Counted from the first letter of the stretch, positions 19,108 through 27,710 are shown. The stretch: 64,000 nt of DNA from an uncultured Pseudomonadales bacterium (GCA_964422035.1 CAYQZQ010000001.1:185013-249012); one strand, 5' to 3'. The notes: generated by a model not told the origin, from the letters alone. Translations and numbers: made by a program.

Positions 19108-20308
19108 AAACGAAAATCTTCAGGCTTTATATATTGGCAAGACAATAAGTTTGCGGACAAGAATCAGACAGCATTGTAAAAGCTTTGATACAAAAGGCAG
19201 TAAGCAAAAAAGATTTTTGCATGAAGCCAAGTATTTTAGCTACTACTCTGTGAAAAATGATCTTGCAGCAGTTATTTTGGAGGCACGCTTAATTGGAATT
19301 AATAAGCCCAAGTACAACAGTGTACTTAAAGATGATAGATCCTCTTTATATATTAAAATCAGTGGAGACAGTTTTCCTAAAGTTGACATCGTGAGGAAAA
19401 GTGAGCTAAGCAAGAATGACGATTACTATGGCCCATTCACCTCCAATAGACAAACGCAGAGGGTGCTAAGAGTGGCTAGGAAAATTTTTAAATTTTGCAG
19501 TAAGCCCGGTAATGATTCCAAAAGGCCCTGCTTCTACTTTCACATTGACCAGTGTGATGGAGCATGTGTGGGTAAAGTTTCAAAAATAGAGTATCGTAGG
19601 AAAATAGGTTATCTGAAACGATTCTTAAATGGGGAAACAAAAACATTAATTAAAAAAATCGATAGACAGATTAAGAATCTGTCTAAAAATGAAAAGTTTG
19701 AGCAAGCTGGTAAACTTAAACAAGCCAGAGAAGCTGTTTATGAAGCAACTCGAGTTAGTACTGGATTAAGTGCGTTGTTAAAATCCGATCCTCAAACTGA
19801 AAAGCAGCTAAGGAACTTAAAGGAGATTCTATCCTCCCATGGCATGGAAGTTAACTTGGAGAGAATCGAAGGATATGATGTTTCAACACTACAACAAAAA
19901 AACACGGTAGGTGGAATGGTGGTTTTTGTAATGGGAGTAGCTAATAAAAGAGACTACAGACTGTTTAAGATGCAGTGGGACAAGCAAGGTGATACAGCAG
20001 CAATGGAAGAGATGCTTGAAAGAAGGTTTAATCACCAGGAATGGCCTTTTGCTGATTTAGTCTTAATAGATGGAGGAAAACCTCAAGTGTCAAGTGCCTT
20101 AAAAGTTGTGCCCAATAATATTGAAGTGATTGGTATAGCTAAAAAGGAAGAAACATTAGTATATAAAAGGAATGGAAGGTTTGTTGAATTAAAATTAAAG
20201 GACGAATGGCCTGCTAAAGCGTTGATCCAAAAAATTCGAGACGAGGCGCACAGATTCAGCAATAGTTATCAAAGCAAAATCAGAAGAAAGGCGATGATTG
20301 ACAAATGA
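18971..20308 (+). CDS. uvrC: Excinuclease ABC subunit C, short form without the C-terminal (HhH)2 domain
   Basis: GIY-YIG motif LPTGPAVYSF...LYIGKT, Cys-rich region (CDGACVG), UVR-like helix, and endonuclease-domain motifs LIDGGKPQ and IRDEAHRF. The only ATG (18971) gives a 137-nt out-of-frame overlap with the preceding gene. Confidence 0.75.
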   Translation: MTNKQSKSQSLSNHLSRKRHKWPEQSSAWAEFCSQLPTGPAVYSFENENLQALYIGKTISLRTRIRQHCKSFDTKGSKQKRFLHEAKYFSYYSVKNDLAAVILEARLIGINKPKYNSVLKDDRSSLYIKISGDSFPKVDIVRKSELSKNDDYYGPFTSNRQTQRVLRVARKIFKFCSKPGNDSKRPCFYFHIDQCDGACVGKVSKIEYRRKIGYLKRFLNGETKTLIKKIDRQIKNLSKNEKFEQAGKLKQAREAVYEATRVSTGLSALLKSDPQTEKQLRNLKEILSSHGMEVNLERIEGYDVSTLQQKNTVGGMVVFVMGVANKRDYRLFKMQWDKQGDTAAMEEMLERRFNHQEWPFADLVLIDGGKPQVSSALKVVPNNIEVIGIAKKEETLVYKRNGRFVELKLKDEWPAKALIQKIRDEAHRFSNSYQSKIRRKAMIDK

Positions 20309-20333
20309 TAGTCATATGGGGAAAGATTAAGAT

Positions 20334-20738
20334 ATGAGGAAAATACTAAAACCTTTGTTTGTAAACAGCATAGTTTTGTATCTATCGATTTCTATGTACC
20401 CGGGTCTGGTATATGACAAATCTCTTCAAACACTCTTTTGGGCATCTTTGGCCATTTTAGTTTTAGACAAGACTGTTAAACCCATGATTAAGCTTCTAAT
20501 CTTGCCAATAAATGTGTTAACTTTGGGATTGTTTGGGTGGGTGGCTCATGTAATAACAATGTTTTTGTTAACCGAGCTGGTTGCCGGAGTAGCTGTTATC
20601 CCCTTTCACTTTGAAGGTTTTGCATATCAAGGTTTTATAGTTCCAGGCATGAAAGTAACCCTACTGTTGTCATATATTTTTGCCTCGATGATAATTAGTT
20701 TAGTTAAGGGTGCGGTATTGTGGCTGATTTCGGAGTAA
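20334..20738 (+). CDS. PF04020/YvlD-like (holin superfamily-type) small membrane protein
   Basis: 134 aa with 4 predicted TM helices. The pattern PGLVYDKSLQTLFWASLAILVLDKTVKPMIKLLILPINVLTLGLFGWV resembles the DUF360/YvlD family. Confidence 0.5.
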   Translation: MRKILKPLFVNSIVLYLSISMYPGLVYDKSLQTLFWASLAILVLDKTVKPMIKLLILPINVLTLGLFGWVAHVITMFLLTELVAGVAVIPFHFEGFAYQGFIVPGMKVTLLLSYIFASMIISLVKGAVLWLISE

Positions 20739-20744
20739 TCTATA

Positions 20745-20963
20745 ATGGTTAGCATGCAATGGACTTTAGTAGCTCAAATTGTAACTGGAATAGCTTTAAT
20801 CACTTTAATTCTTCTTCAACCTCAAGGTACAGGCTTAGGTAAAGCTTGGGGCGGTGGAAACGTAGCTTATCACTCTAAAAAAGGAATTGAGAAAGCAATG
20901 TTTATCATGACTGTTTCTTTAGCAATATTGTTTGTGTTTTTGGCCATTTATAATCTAATTTAA
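20745..20963 (+). CDS. secG: Preprotein translocase subunit SecG
   Basis: 72 aa with two TM helices and the glycine-rich loop LLQPQGTGLGKAWGGG typical of SecG. Confidence 0.7.
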   Translation: MVSMQWTLVAQIVTGIALITLILLQPQGTGLGKAWGGGNVAYHSKKGIEKAMFIMTVSLAILFVFLAIYNLI

Positions 20964-20966
20964 GAT

Positions 20967-22292
20967 ATGAAACGGTTTGGGAGGAAGACGTATTGGCTGA
21001 TCACCGGTTTTATTGAAAAATATAAAAATATTATTTTTGGAAGTGTAATAGGTTCTGCTCTTATAATAGGAGGATATTTTTTAATAAGACCTCACTTGCC
21101 CAAACCAAAAAACGTTGAGTATATCGGCGTTGTGGGGAGATCACGTCTGACCCAAATTCCTGAGGAAGTAAATGAGAGCCTTGGTAGTGGATTAACTATT
21201 ATCGGTGACAACGGCAAGCCTGAGCCTGGTATAGCCAAAAGATGGGAGATACTGGACGGCGGTGAAAAATACAGATTTTATTTGGATGAGGATGTCCGCT
21301 GGTCAAATGGTGAACCTGTAAAGCTTGAAGACTTTAATTTTCAAATCGGCGAGGTTGATGTAGAAACAGAAGAACCTAATATTTTTGTGTTCACCTTACC
21401 AGAACCTTTTGCTCCATTCCCAAGCATCTTATCTAAGCCCTTGATTAAAGATGGTCTTTTAACCACTGGCAAGTACACAATTCAGGACATAGAGACTGAT
21501 GGGGCTTATTTAAGACAAATCTGGCTAGAGTCTGACAAAGAAAAGAAGATTTATCGTTTCTATGACACATTAAGTCAGGCAATAACAGCGTTCAAACTAG
21601 GCAGAATCGATGTACTTTCAAGTTTGTTTGACGCACCAGAACTATCAGACTGGCCTAATGTTACGGCTGAGAAAAACATTAAAAATGATCATTATGTTGC
21701 AGTTTTTTACAACACAAATGATTCAATTTTAGGAGGCGATGGAGGTAAAAGTATCAGACAAGCTTTGTCTTATGCAATTGAGGATAAGACGAGGAATGGA
21801 GAGAGAGCATTAACCCCAATCAATCCCAGCAGTTGGGTCTACAATCCTGGCGTTAAAGACTATGAATATAATCCTGTTAGAGCAAATGAGTTGCTTGATG
21901 AAGTACCTGACGAGATCGTGTTGAGAGTTGAGCTGGCAACAATACCTGAATTACTTTCTTTAGCAGAAGAGATCAAAAGCGATTGGAGTGATGTAGGTGT
22001 AACGACAGATATTAAAGTTGTAGCTTCACAACCAAGCCAATTTCAAGCTTTTTTAGGCATGGAAGCTATACCCGCAGACCCTGATCAGTATTATATGTGG
22101 CATTCTACACAAGAGGCTAATATAACTGGATTGCAGAGCCCAAGAATTGACAAATTACTGGAAGACGGCCGGCAAACAATTGATGTAGAAGAGAGAAGGC
22201 AGATATATGTAGATTTTCAGAGATTTCTGGTGGAAGAAGTCCCCGCAGTCTTTTTATATCACCCACAGTCTTTCAAGATTAAAAGAGGTTAG
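20967..22292 (+). CDS. Family-5 (Opp/Dpp-like) solute-binding protein homolog with N-terminal membrane anchor
   Basis: GDNGKPEPGIAKRWEILDGGEKYRFYLDEDVRWSNGEPV resembles the SBP_bac_5 N-lobe. A TM helix replaces the lipobox. There are no adjacent permease or ATPase genes. Confidence 0.55.
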   Translation: MKRFGRKTYWLITGFIEKYKNIIFGSVIGSALIIGGYFLIRPHLPKPKNVEYIGVVGRSRLTQIPEEVNESLGSGLTIIGDNGKPEPGIAKRWEILDGGEKYRFYLDEDVRWSNGEPVKLEDFNFQIGEVDVETEEPNIFVFTLPEPFAPFPSILSKPLIKDGLLTTGKYTIQDIETDGAYLRQIWLESDKEKKIYRFYDTLSQAITAFKLGRIDVLSSLFDAPELSDWPNVTAEKNIKNDHYVAVFYNTNDSILGGDGGKSIRQALSYAIEDKTRNGERALTPINPSSWVYNPGVKDYEYNPVRANELLDEVPDEIVLRVELATIPELLSLAEEIKSDWSDVGVTTDIKVVASQPSQFQAFLGMEAIPADPDQYYMWHSTQEANITGLQSPRIDKLLEDGRQTIDVEERRQIYVDFQRFLVEEVPAVFLYHPQSFKIKRG

Positions 22293-22888
22293 TTAAATTT
22301 AAGTTTGCTCAGAAGCCAATCCCAAGCGAGAGGGATGATAGAAGCAAAAATGATGATTAGTAAGGTTGGAATGAGGTATTTGTTAACGTCGGGAATTGAT
22401 TGACCTAAATAGTATCCGGCTAGAGACACTGCCGTGATCCAGAATATTGCACTGATGATATTATGGCTAATAAACTGAGAAAATTTCATGTTAGCAATTC
22501 CAGCCACAATTGGAGCGAAAGTTCTGTCTATGGGAATGAATCGGGCCAAGAATATTGTCTTTCTACCGTGCTTTTTATAGAATTTCTCGGTCTTTATTAA
22601 ATATTTTTTCTTGTAGTACCAAGTGTCTTGTCTATTTTTTAACCAAGACCCAAATCTTTTCCCTGTCCAATAAGCAAAAAAGTTGCCCAGTATAGAGGCT
22701 AGTATTAATATTGGAATTAATAGCCAAATATGAAAGATGTTTTGCGAAGCGATAAATCCTGCGCTAAAAACTAAACTACTACCTGGCAAAAAGAAGCCAA
22801 AAAATAATCCTGTCTGAGCAAAGATAACTATAGTCAATCCCAAATAGCCAATAGTTTCAGTTGTGGTTAAAATGTCTGCTCCAAGCAT
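22289..22888 (-). CDS. DedA/VTT-family membrane protein
   Basis: FGFFLPGSSLVFSAGFIA and FLARFIPIDRTFAPIVAGIANM match the SNARE-associated/DedA motifs. Confidence 0.75.
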   Translation of the reverse strand: MLGADILTTTETIGYLGLTIVIFAQTGLFFGFFLPGSSLVFSAGFIASQNIFHIWLLIPILILASILGNFFAYWTGKRFGSWLKNRQDTWYYKKKYLIKTEKFYKKHGRKTIFLARFIPIDRTFAPIVAGIANMKFSQFISHNIISAIFWITAVSLAGYYLGQSIPDVNKYLIPTLLIIIFASIIPLAWDWLLSKLKFN

Positions 22889-22926
22889 ATCTATTTAAGA
22901 TTACCATACTGGTAATTATTATTGTC

Positions 22927-22954
22927 TTGACATAAATTTTTATTTTTTTATAAT
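22927..22954 (+). promoter_or_regulatory. Consensus sigma-70 promoter (TTGACA-N16-TATAAT) for the hsp20 gene
   Basis: TTGACA at 22927-22932 and TATAAT at 22949-22954. Both hexamers match the consensus perfectly, with 16-nt spacing. Confidence 0.65.
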
Positions 22955-22959
22955 GATTA

Positions 22960-22986
22960 TTAGCAGTCTTATCGATCGAGTGATAA
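22960..22986 (+). promoter_or_regulatory. CIRCE-like inverted repeat (putative HrcA operator)
   Basis: TTAGCAGTC-N9-GAGTGATAA versus CIRCE consensus TTAGCACTC-N9-GAGTGCTAA (one mismatch per half-site). Lies between the promoter and the hsp20 RBS. A perfect 9-bp IR AGTCTTATC-N8-GATAAGACT is embedded at 22965-22990. Confidence 0.55.
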
Positions 22987-23033
22987 GACTAAATATAATC
23001 AATTAACTATTATAAAGGAGGTGAAAATATCAA

Positions 23034-23438
23034 ATGGCAATAATGAAATGGGATCCGTTTGATGTGCATTCATTTATGCGATGGCCTATGGCGCTGGAGG
23101 ATGAACAACTTGATCCTTCAAATAGACAATTAGATGTATATGAGACCGAAGAAAATATTGTAGTCAAAGCAGGGATTGCAGGAGTAAAACCTGAGAACAT
23201 TGATATTACATTTGACGATGGAGTATTAACAATTCGTGGAGAGGAAGAGGAAGAAGAAGAGAATGATGATAAAAAGTTCTATAAAAAATCTCAACGCTCT
23301 TACTCTTATCGAGTAGCTGTTCCTGGTAATATTGATCTTGATCAAGACCCAGAGGCAGAAGTCAATGAAGGAGTATTAACTGTGAAATTTGTCAAGTCAG
23401 AAGAGGCCAAACCACGCAAAATCGAAGTAAAAGTATAA
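23034..23438 (+). CDS. Hsp20/alpha-crystallin small heat-shock protein
   Basis: Alpha-crystallin domain (DVYETEENIVVKAGIAGVKPENIDITFDDGVLTIRGE...VLTVKFVK). The RBS is AAGGAGGTG. Confidence 0.9.
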   Translation: MAIMKWDPFDVHSFMRWPMALEDEQLDPSNRQLDVYETEENIVVKAGIAGVKPENIDITFDDGVLTIRGEEEEEEENDDKKFYKKSQRSYSYRVAVPGNIDLDQDPEAEVNEGVLTVKFVKSEEAKPRKIEVKV

Positions 23439-23458
23439 GAATGTAAAGATCAATAGCA

Positions 23459-23487
23459 AACCCCCGCTGTTTTATTAGCGGGGGTTT
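23459..23487 (+). terminator. Rho-independent terminator after hsp20
   Basis: CCCCCGCT-gttttatt-AGCGGGGG followed by TTTTT. Confidence 0.7.
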
Positions 23488-23531
23488 TTAATCCTTTAAA
23501 GTGCTTTTGCTTTGAGATAAAATGATCAAGT

Positions 23532-24173
23532 ATGCATTTTATTGAAGTAATAATCGATTACCTTGAAGTTCTGGCTACAAAGATGCCAGTTGAAGTGTTT
23601 GCATTCGTTGGCGCATTTGTAGAAGAGGTAATTGCCCCAGTCCCCTCCCCGATTGTGATGACTTTGTCTGGTTCTCTGGCTTCAGCTGAAGGCAAGGTTT
23701 TTGTATTTTTATTTTGGATATCTTTAATTGGAGCTGTGGGAAAGACTTTAGGCGGGCTTGTTTTGTATGTTATTACTGATAAAGCTGAGGATATTTTGGC
23801 TACACGGTTTGGCAAGATGTTGGGAATAACTCATAAAGAGATTGAGAACATCGGAGAAAGAATTGATAAAGGCATGAGAGACGATATTGTTCTTTTGGTT
23901 CTTAGATCATTACCTGTGGTTCCTAGTGCACCGATATCTGTTGTGTGTGGATTGATCAAGATGGATCTTAAGACTTTTACTTGGGCTACTTTTGTAGGTA
24001 CTTTTATAAGAAATATGTTTTACTTGGTGGTTGGCTTCAGTGGACTGGAAAGCTATCAGCGATACATGCATGGCATTGAAGGAGTTGAGTCGATAGTGCA
24101 GATCGTGATTGTGGCGGCAGTTGGTGGATTTTTGGTATGGGGGTATATTAAGCGAAAAGATTTGTTTAAGTAA
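23532..24173 (+). CDS. DedA/TVP38-like membrane protein (second paralog)
   Basis: FVGAFVEEVIAPVPSPIVMTLSGSLA and LRSLPVVPSAPISVVCG resemble VTT-domain motifs. Confidence 0.5.
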   Translation: MHFIEVIIDYLEVLATKMPVEVFAFVGAFVEEVIAPVPSPIVMTLSGSLASAEGKVFVFLFWISLIGAVGKTLGGLVLYVITDKAEDILATRFGKMLGITHKEIENIGERIDKGMRDDIVLLVLRSLPVVPSAPISVVCGLIKMDLKTFTWATFVGTFIRNMFYLVVGFSGLESYQRYMHGIEGVESIVQIVIVAAVGGFLVWGYIKRKDLFK

Positions 24174-24236
24174 TTTCTTTTCAGATTATCAGAGTTGGTG
24201 ATGAGTGTTTCGGGGATTTTATTTAATTGTATGGTG

Positions 24237-24307
24237 TTGCCGGGCTAGGATTCGAACCTAGATAACCGCCTTCAAAGGGCGATGTCCTACCGTTAGACGA
24301 CCCGGCA
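24237..24307 (-). tRNA. tRNA-Gln (anticodon UUG)
   Basis: Cloverleaf with U1-A72 pair, anticodon loop CUUUGAA, and T-loop TTCGAAT. CCA is not encoded. Confidence 0.75.
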
Positions 24308-24334
24308 AAGTAGTTTACATTTTACCAAATTATG

Positions 24335-24407
24335 AGCGGCGGACCGGGTTCGAACCGGCGACCTTCTCCTTGGGAAGGAGACGTTCTACCAACTGAACTA
24401 CCACCGC
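24335..24407 (-). tRNA. tRNA-Gly (anticodon CCC)
   Basis: Acceptor GCGGTGG/CCGCCGC and anticodon loop TTCCCAA. Confidence 0.8.
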
Positions 24408-24447
24408 AGTAACTCAATTTTATCAGACTAGAAATAAATCATTTGGT

Positions 24448-24523
24448 TGGAGCGGCGGACCGGACTCGAACCGGCGACCTTCTCGTTGGCAACGAGACGT
24501 TCTACCAACTGAACTACCACCGC
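24448..24523 (-). tRNA. tRNA-Gly (anticodon GCC)
   Basis: Near-duplicate of the previous tRNA with anticodon loop TTGCCAA. CCA is encoded. Confidence 0.8.
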
Positions 24524-24549
24524 ATGTTTGTATTTTATCAAATTACTTG

Positions 24550-24622
24550 TGCCGAGGCTCGGAATCGAACCGAGATCTGAGGTTTTTCAGACCACCGCCG
24601 TGACCAACTTGGCTACCTCGGC
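24550..24622 (-). tRNA. tRNA-Phe (anticodon GAA), non-canonical stems
   Basis: Acceptor GCCGAGG/CCTCGGC, T-arm CTCGG-TTCGATT-CCGAG, and anticodon loop CUGAAAA. The anticodon stem has a U-U mismatch and the D-stem is short. Confidence 0.55.
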
Positions 24623-24653
24623 AATTAAACAATTATATTTTACACGATTTAGT

Positions 24654-24727
24654 GTGGACTCGCCTGGGATCGAACCAGGGACCTTGCGGATGTAAACCGC
24701 ACGCTCTAACCAGCTGAGCTACGAGTC
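24654..24727 (-). tRNA. tRNA-Val (anticodon UAC)
   Basis: GGACTCGTAGCTCAGCTGGTTAGAGC... with anticodon loop TTTACAT. Confidence 0.8.
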
Positions 24728-24749
24728 CATTACTATAATTTTACCAAAT

Positions 24750-26510
24750 TTACTTGACTGTTACTGATTTGGCCAGATTACGGGGCATATCCGGATCAAG
24801 GTCTTTGAATAAGGCTAAGTAGTAGGCAAGGATTTGTCCAACAACAATGTTAGGAATTATTGAGGCAGTACCAGCATCATCTACGGGTACATAATCATCA
24901 AAGATTGATTCATTTTGGGGTGATAAACCAATAATTCTTCCTCCCCTGGCTTGCACTTCCATGGCGGCTGTTAATATGTCTGACTTTGTTTCATCATCGG
25001 GCGCCAAAACAATACAAGGTGTCCCCTTCTCTATTAAGGCAATTACGCCATGTTTTAGCTCTCCTGAGGGAAATCCTTCAGCGTGAATGTATGATATTTC
25101 TTTAATCTTTAAAGCTATCTCAAGGGCTGCAGGATATGATTGGCCTTTGCCCAACACAAATATTGAAGAGCTATCTTTTGTATCTTTAGCAATTTTTTTA
25201 AGCTTTTTAACCGAAGTCTCGTGAAGCACTTTTTTGCTTGATACTACTGCCTTTTTTAATTGTTCTTTGGCTTTTTTTGATTCACCTGTGTATTGGTAAG
25301 CAGCCATTAATAAAAGGCTTAATTTGGCCGTAAAAGCTTTGGTGCTGGCAACAGCTTTTTCAGGGCCTGCTTCTAGAAAAATACTTTCATCACTTATTCG
25401 ATCGAGAGTTGAGCCTTTGGTGTTTATCAAGGAAAAAGTTTTTGAGCCCTTTTTATTTGCATGCCTGATTGACTGGATAGTATCGATTGTTTCCCCACTT
25501 TGTGAAAGAGCAATGCACAAACTGTCTGGGTTTAAAAAATCAGAATGATAGTAAAATTCAGAACCTATGGCTGGATTAATTTGTTTTTTGGCGATGCGGG
25601 AAAAGAAATACTGGCCTGCCAGAGCAGCATAGGCAGCAGTACCACAAGCTACCGCAAAAACATTGTCTGCTTTTTTAATTTGATCAGCCAGCTTTTGTGT
25701 TGATGGAAGCTTGTCTTGGATAATTTTTTCGATTAATTGTGGTTGTTGATAAATTTCTTTTATCATGAAATGCTTGTGCTCACCTTTCTCTGCTTGTTGA
25801 GGCTTCCAGTCAATTGTTTCAACTTTATATTCAGTTTTTTTACCTGTATGAAGATCATAGATGCTTACATCATTTGGTGAAATTGTGGCAATCTGATCAT
25901 CTTTAAGGTGGATAATTTTATTAGTTTGAGGCAGCAAAGAAGCAATATCTGAAGCGACAAGATGGTTGCCTTTGTTGTAGCCGATGACTATTGGAGATCC
26001 TGTTTTGGCGGCTACTAAGTAGGGATAATCTTGGTGAAAAACCAAAAAGGCATTTATTCCCTTAGTTTGTCTAACGGTTTTTCTAACTGCTTTAAGCAGG
26101 TCTTTATCTTTCTTTAGGTTCTGCTCGATTAGGTGAACTACTATCTCGGAATCAGTCTGCGAATTAATTAGATGTTTGGCTTCAAGTTTATCTTTTAGCT
26201 GTTGCCAGTTGTCAACAATGCCGTTATGTACTAGCGTCAATTTACCAGAACAGTCAACGTGCGGGTGAGCGTTGGTTTTACTAACCTTGCCGTGGGTGGC
26301 CCAACGAGTATGACCGATACCTAACTTGCTTTTGGGAAGATCTGTTTTTGAATTTGAAATTTTACCGACTTTCTTTTGCGTGAGAACTTTCTGCTTGCCT
26401 TTAACTGCTATACCCCAGGAGTCATATCCACGATATTCCAGAAGCTTTAATCCCTCCAAGATTGTTTGGGCGCTGTCTTGATCGTTAGTCGTCGCAAATA
26501 TCCCACACAT
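24750..26510 (-). CDS. glmS: Glutamine--fructose-6-phosphate aminotransferase (isomerising)
   Basis: Starts MCGIFA (Ntn-hydrolase Cys2) and has two SIS domains. The track's N-terminal extension to 26579 overlaps a tRNA and is rejected. Confidence 0.9.
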   Translation of the reverse strand: MCGIFATTNDQDSAQTILEGLKLLEYRGYDSWGIAVKGKQKVLTQKKVGKISNSKTDLPKSKLGIGHTRWATHGKVSKTNAHPHVDCSGKLTLVHNGIVDNWQQLKDKLEAKHLINSQTDSEIVVHLIEQNLKKDKDLLKAVRKTVRQTKGINAFLVFHQDYPYLVAAKTGSPIVIGYNKGNHLVASDIASLLPQTNKIIHLKDDQIATISPNDVSIYDLHTGKKTEYKVETIDWKPQQAEKGEHKHFMIKEIYQQPQLIEKIIQDKLPSTQKLADQIKKADNVFAVACGTAAYAALAGQYFFSRIAKKQINPAIGSEFYYHSDFLNPDSLCIALSQSGETIDTIQSIRHANKKGSKTFSLINTKGSTLDRISDESIFLEAGPEKAVASTKAFTAKLSLLLMAAYQYTGESKKAKEQLKKAVVSSKKVLHETSVKKLKKIAKDTKDSSSIFVLGKGQSYPAALEIALKIKEISYIHAEGFPSGELKHGVIALIEKGTPCIVLAPDDETKSDILTAAMEVQARGGRIIGLSPQNESIFDDYVPVDDAGTASIIPNIVVGQILAYYLALFKDLDPDMPRNLAKSVTVK

Positions 26511-26538
26511 GGGTGTAAGTATAGCAAGGATAGTTTTG

Positions 26539-26622
26539 TGCCGAGGAGAGGACTTGAACCTCCACGGGGAAAACCCCACTACGTCCTCAACGTAGCCTGT
26601 CTACCAGTTCCAGCACCTCGGC
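26539..26622 (-). tRNA. tRNA-Leu (anticodon GAG)
   Basis: Class II tRNA with a long variable arm and anticodon loop TTGAGGA. Confidence 0.8.
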
Positions 26623-26626
26623 TTTG

Positions 26627-26710
26627 TGGGCAGGAGAGGACTCGAACCTCCACGAGCAAATGCCCATACGGATCTGAACCGTACGCGTCTACCAGTTCCG
26701 CCACCTGCCC
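26627..26710 (-). tRNA. tRNA-Leu (anticodon CAG)
   Basis: Class II tRNA with anticodon loop TTCAGAT. Confidence 0.8.
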
Positions 26711-26822
26711 GCGTATGGTTTTGACTGAATAAAATTATACCACCATAAGGCAATTTAGGTTTGACAAGAATGGCGGGATAGATAAAATGGAACTATAGAA
26801 GGTTATTAGTTATAGCAAAAAG

Positions 26823-27710
26823 ATGAGTAGAACAAAGAAAATGCCTAGTATCAAGAAATTAATTGCTCAATCCTGGGAGCGAGTAATTGAAAACTTTAGC
26901 GGATTAATTAAACTTTTGCTACTTGGGTGGCTTGGATATGCTTTAGTTGTACTAGTTAGTTCAGCGTGGCTTTTGGCCTTGGGAGTAACTAATAAAAATA
27001 TCATTTCAAAAGCAACTGCCAATCCTATGATTCTTTTGGAGTCTGGTCTGGTTTTGCAGTCTGCTGTTGTTTTGATTGTGTTAATGTTGCTTTTTGTAGT
27101 CCTTACGAATCTAATTACCATCGTCAAGATAAGAGTTTTAACAGGAAGCAGCAATATTATTGATACGGCTAAGAAAAACTTTAAGTTAGTTCTACCACTT
27201 ATTGGCCTTAATTTATTGATCTGGTTATTGATTTTTGGAGGAACCTGGCTTGTGTTGATTCCTGGCTTAGTTATTTACCTCTTTACAATTTTCGCTAGCT
27301 TGGAGCTTGTTCTTGCTGAGAAGGGAGTTATTTCATCTATCAAGAATAGTGTCCTCAAAGTTAAGGCTAACTTTGGCAAAGTATTGGTCCGTCTGTTGGC
27401 TTTGGCGGGCTTAATGGCTATAGTGTGGGGCCTGTCAGCCGCAATGTTTAAGTCAGAGTCATTGGGAGGCTTGCTCTTGTCATTCTTGAGAGTATTTGCA
27501 GGATGGTATGGTACTGCTTACATAATTGAGCTCTACAAGCATCTGGGCAGCCCAGAGGATAAAGAATGTGCTACCTGGTGGGTGTGGTTACTGGGACTAC
27601 TAGGCTGGATGGTCTTAATTGGGCTGGGTATCTTTGTTTTTAGAAACTTCTCCTCCTGGGGACAACCCTTGCTACAAGATCCCACCTTGCTCCCCACAGA
27701 GATGTCGTAA
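26823..27710 (+). CDS. Hypothetical polytopic membrane protein
   Basis: 295 aa with about 6 hydrophobic helices and no recognisable motif. Sits between two tRNA clusters. Confidence 0.5.
   Translation: MSRTKKMPSIKKLIAQSWERVIENFSGLIKLLLLGWLGYALVVLVSSAWLLALGVTNKNIISKATANPMILLESGLVLQSAVVLIVLMLLFVVLTNLITIVKIRVLTGSSNIIDTAKKNFKLVLPLIGLNLLIWLLIFGGTWLVLIPGLVIYLFTIFASLELVLAEKGVISSIKNSVLKVKANFGKVLVRLLALAGLMAIVWGLSAAMFKSESLGGLLLSFLRVFAGWYGTAYIIELYKHLGSPEDKECATWWVWLLGLLGWMVLIGLGIFVFRNFSSWGQPLLQDPTLLPTEMS

Noticed and set aside
26511-26537. Possible glmS ribozyme in the glmS 5' UTR
   Set aside because: Only about 27 nt separate the glmS start from tRNA-Leu, which is far too short for the roughly 170-nt ribozyme. 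glmS is more likely co-transcribed with the tRNAs.
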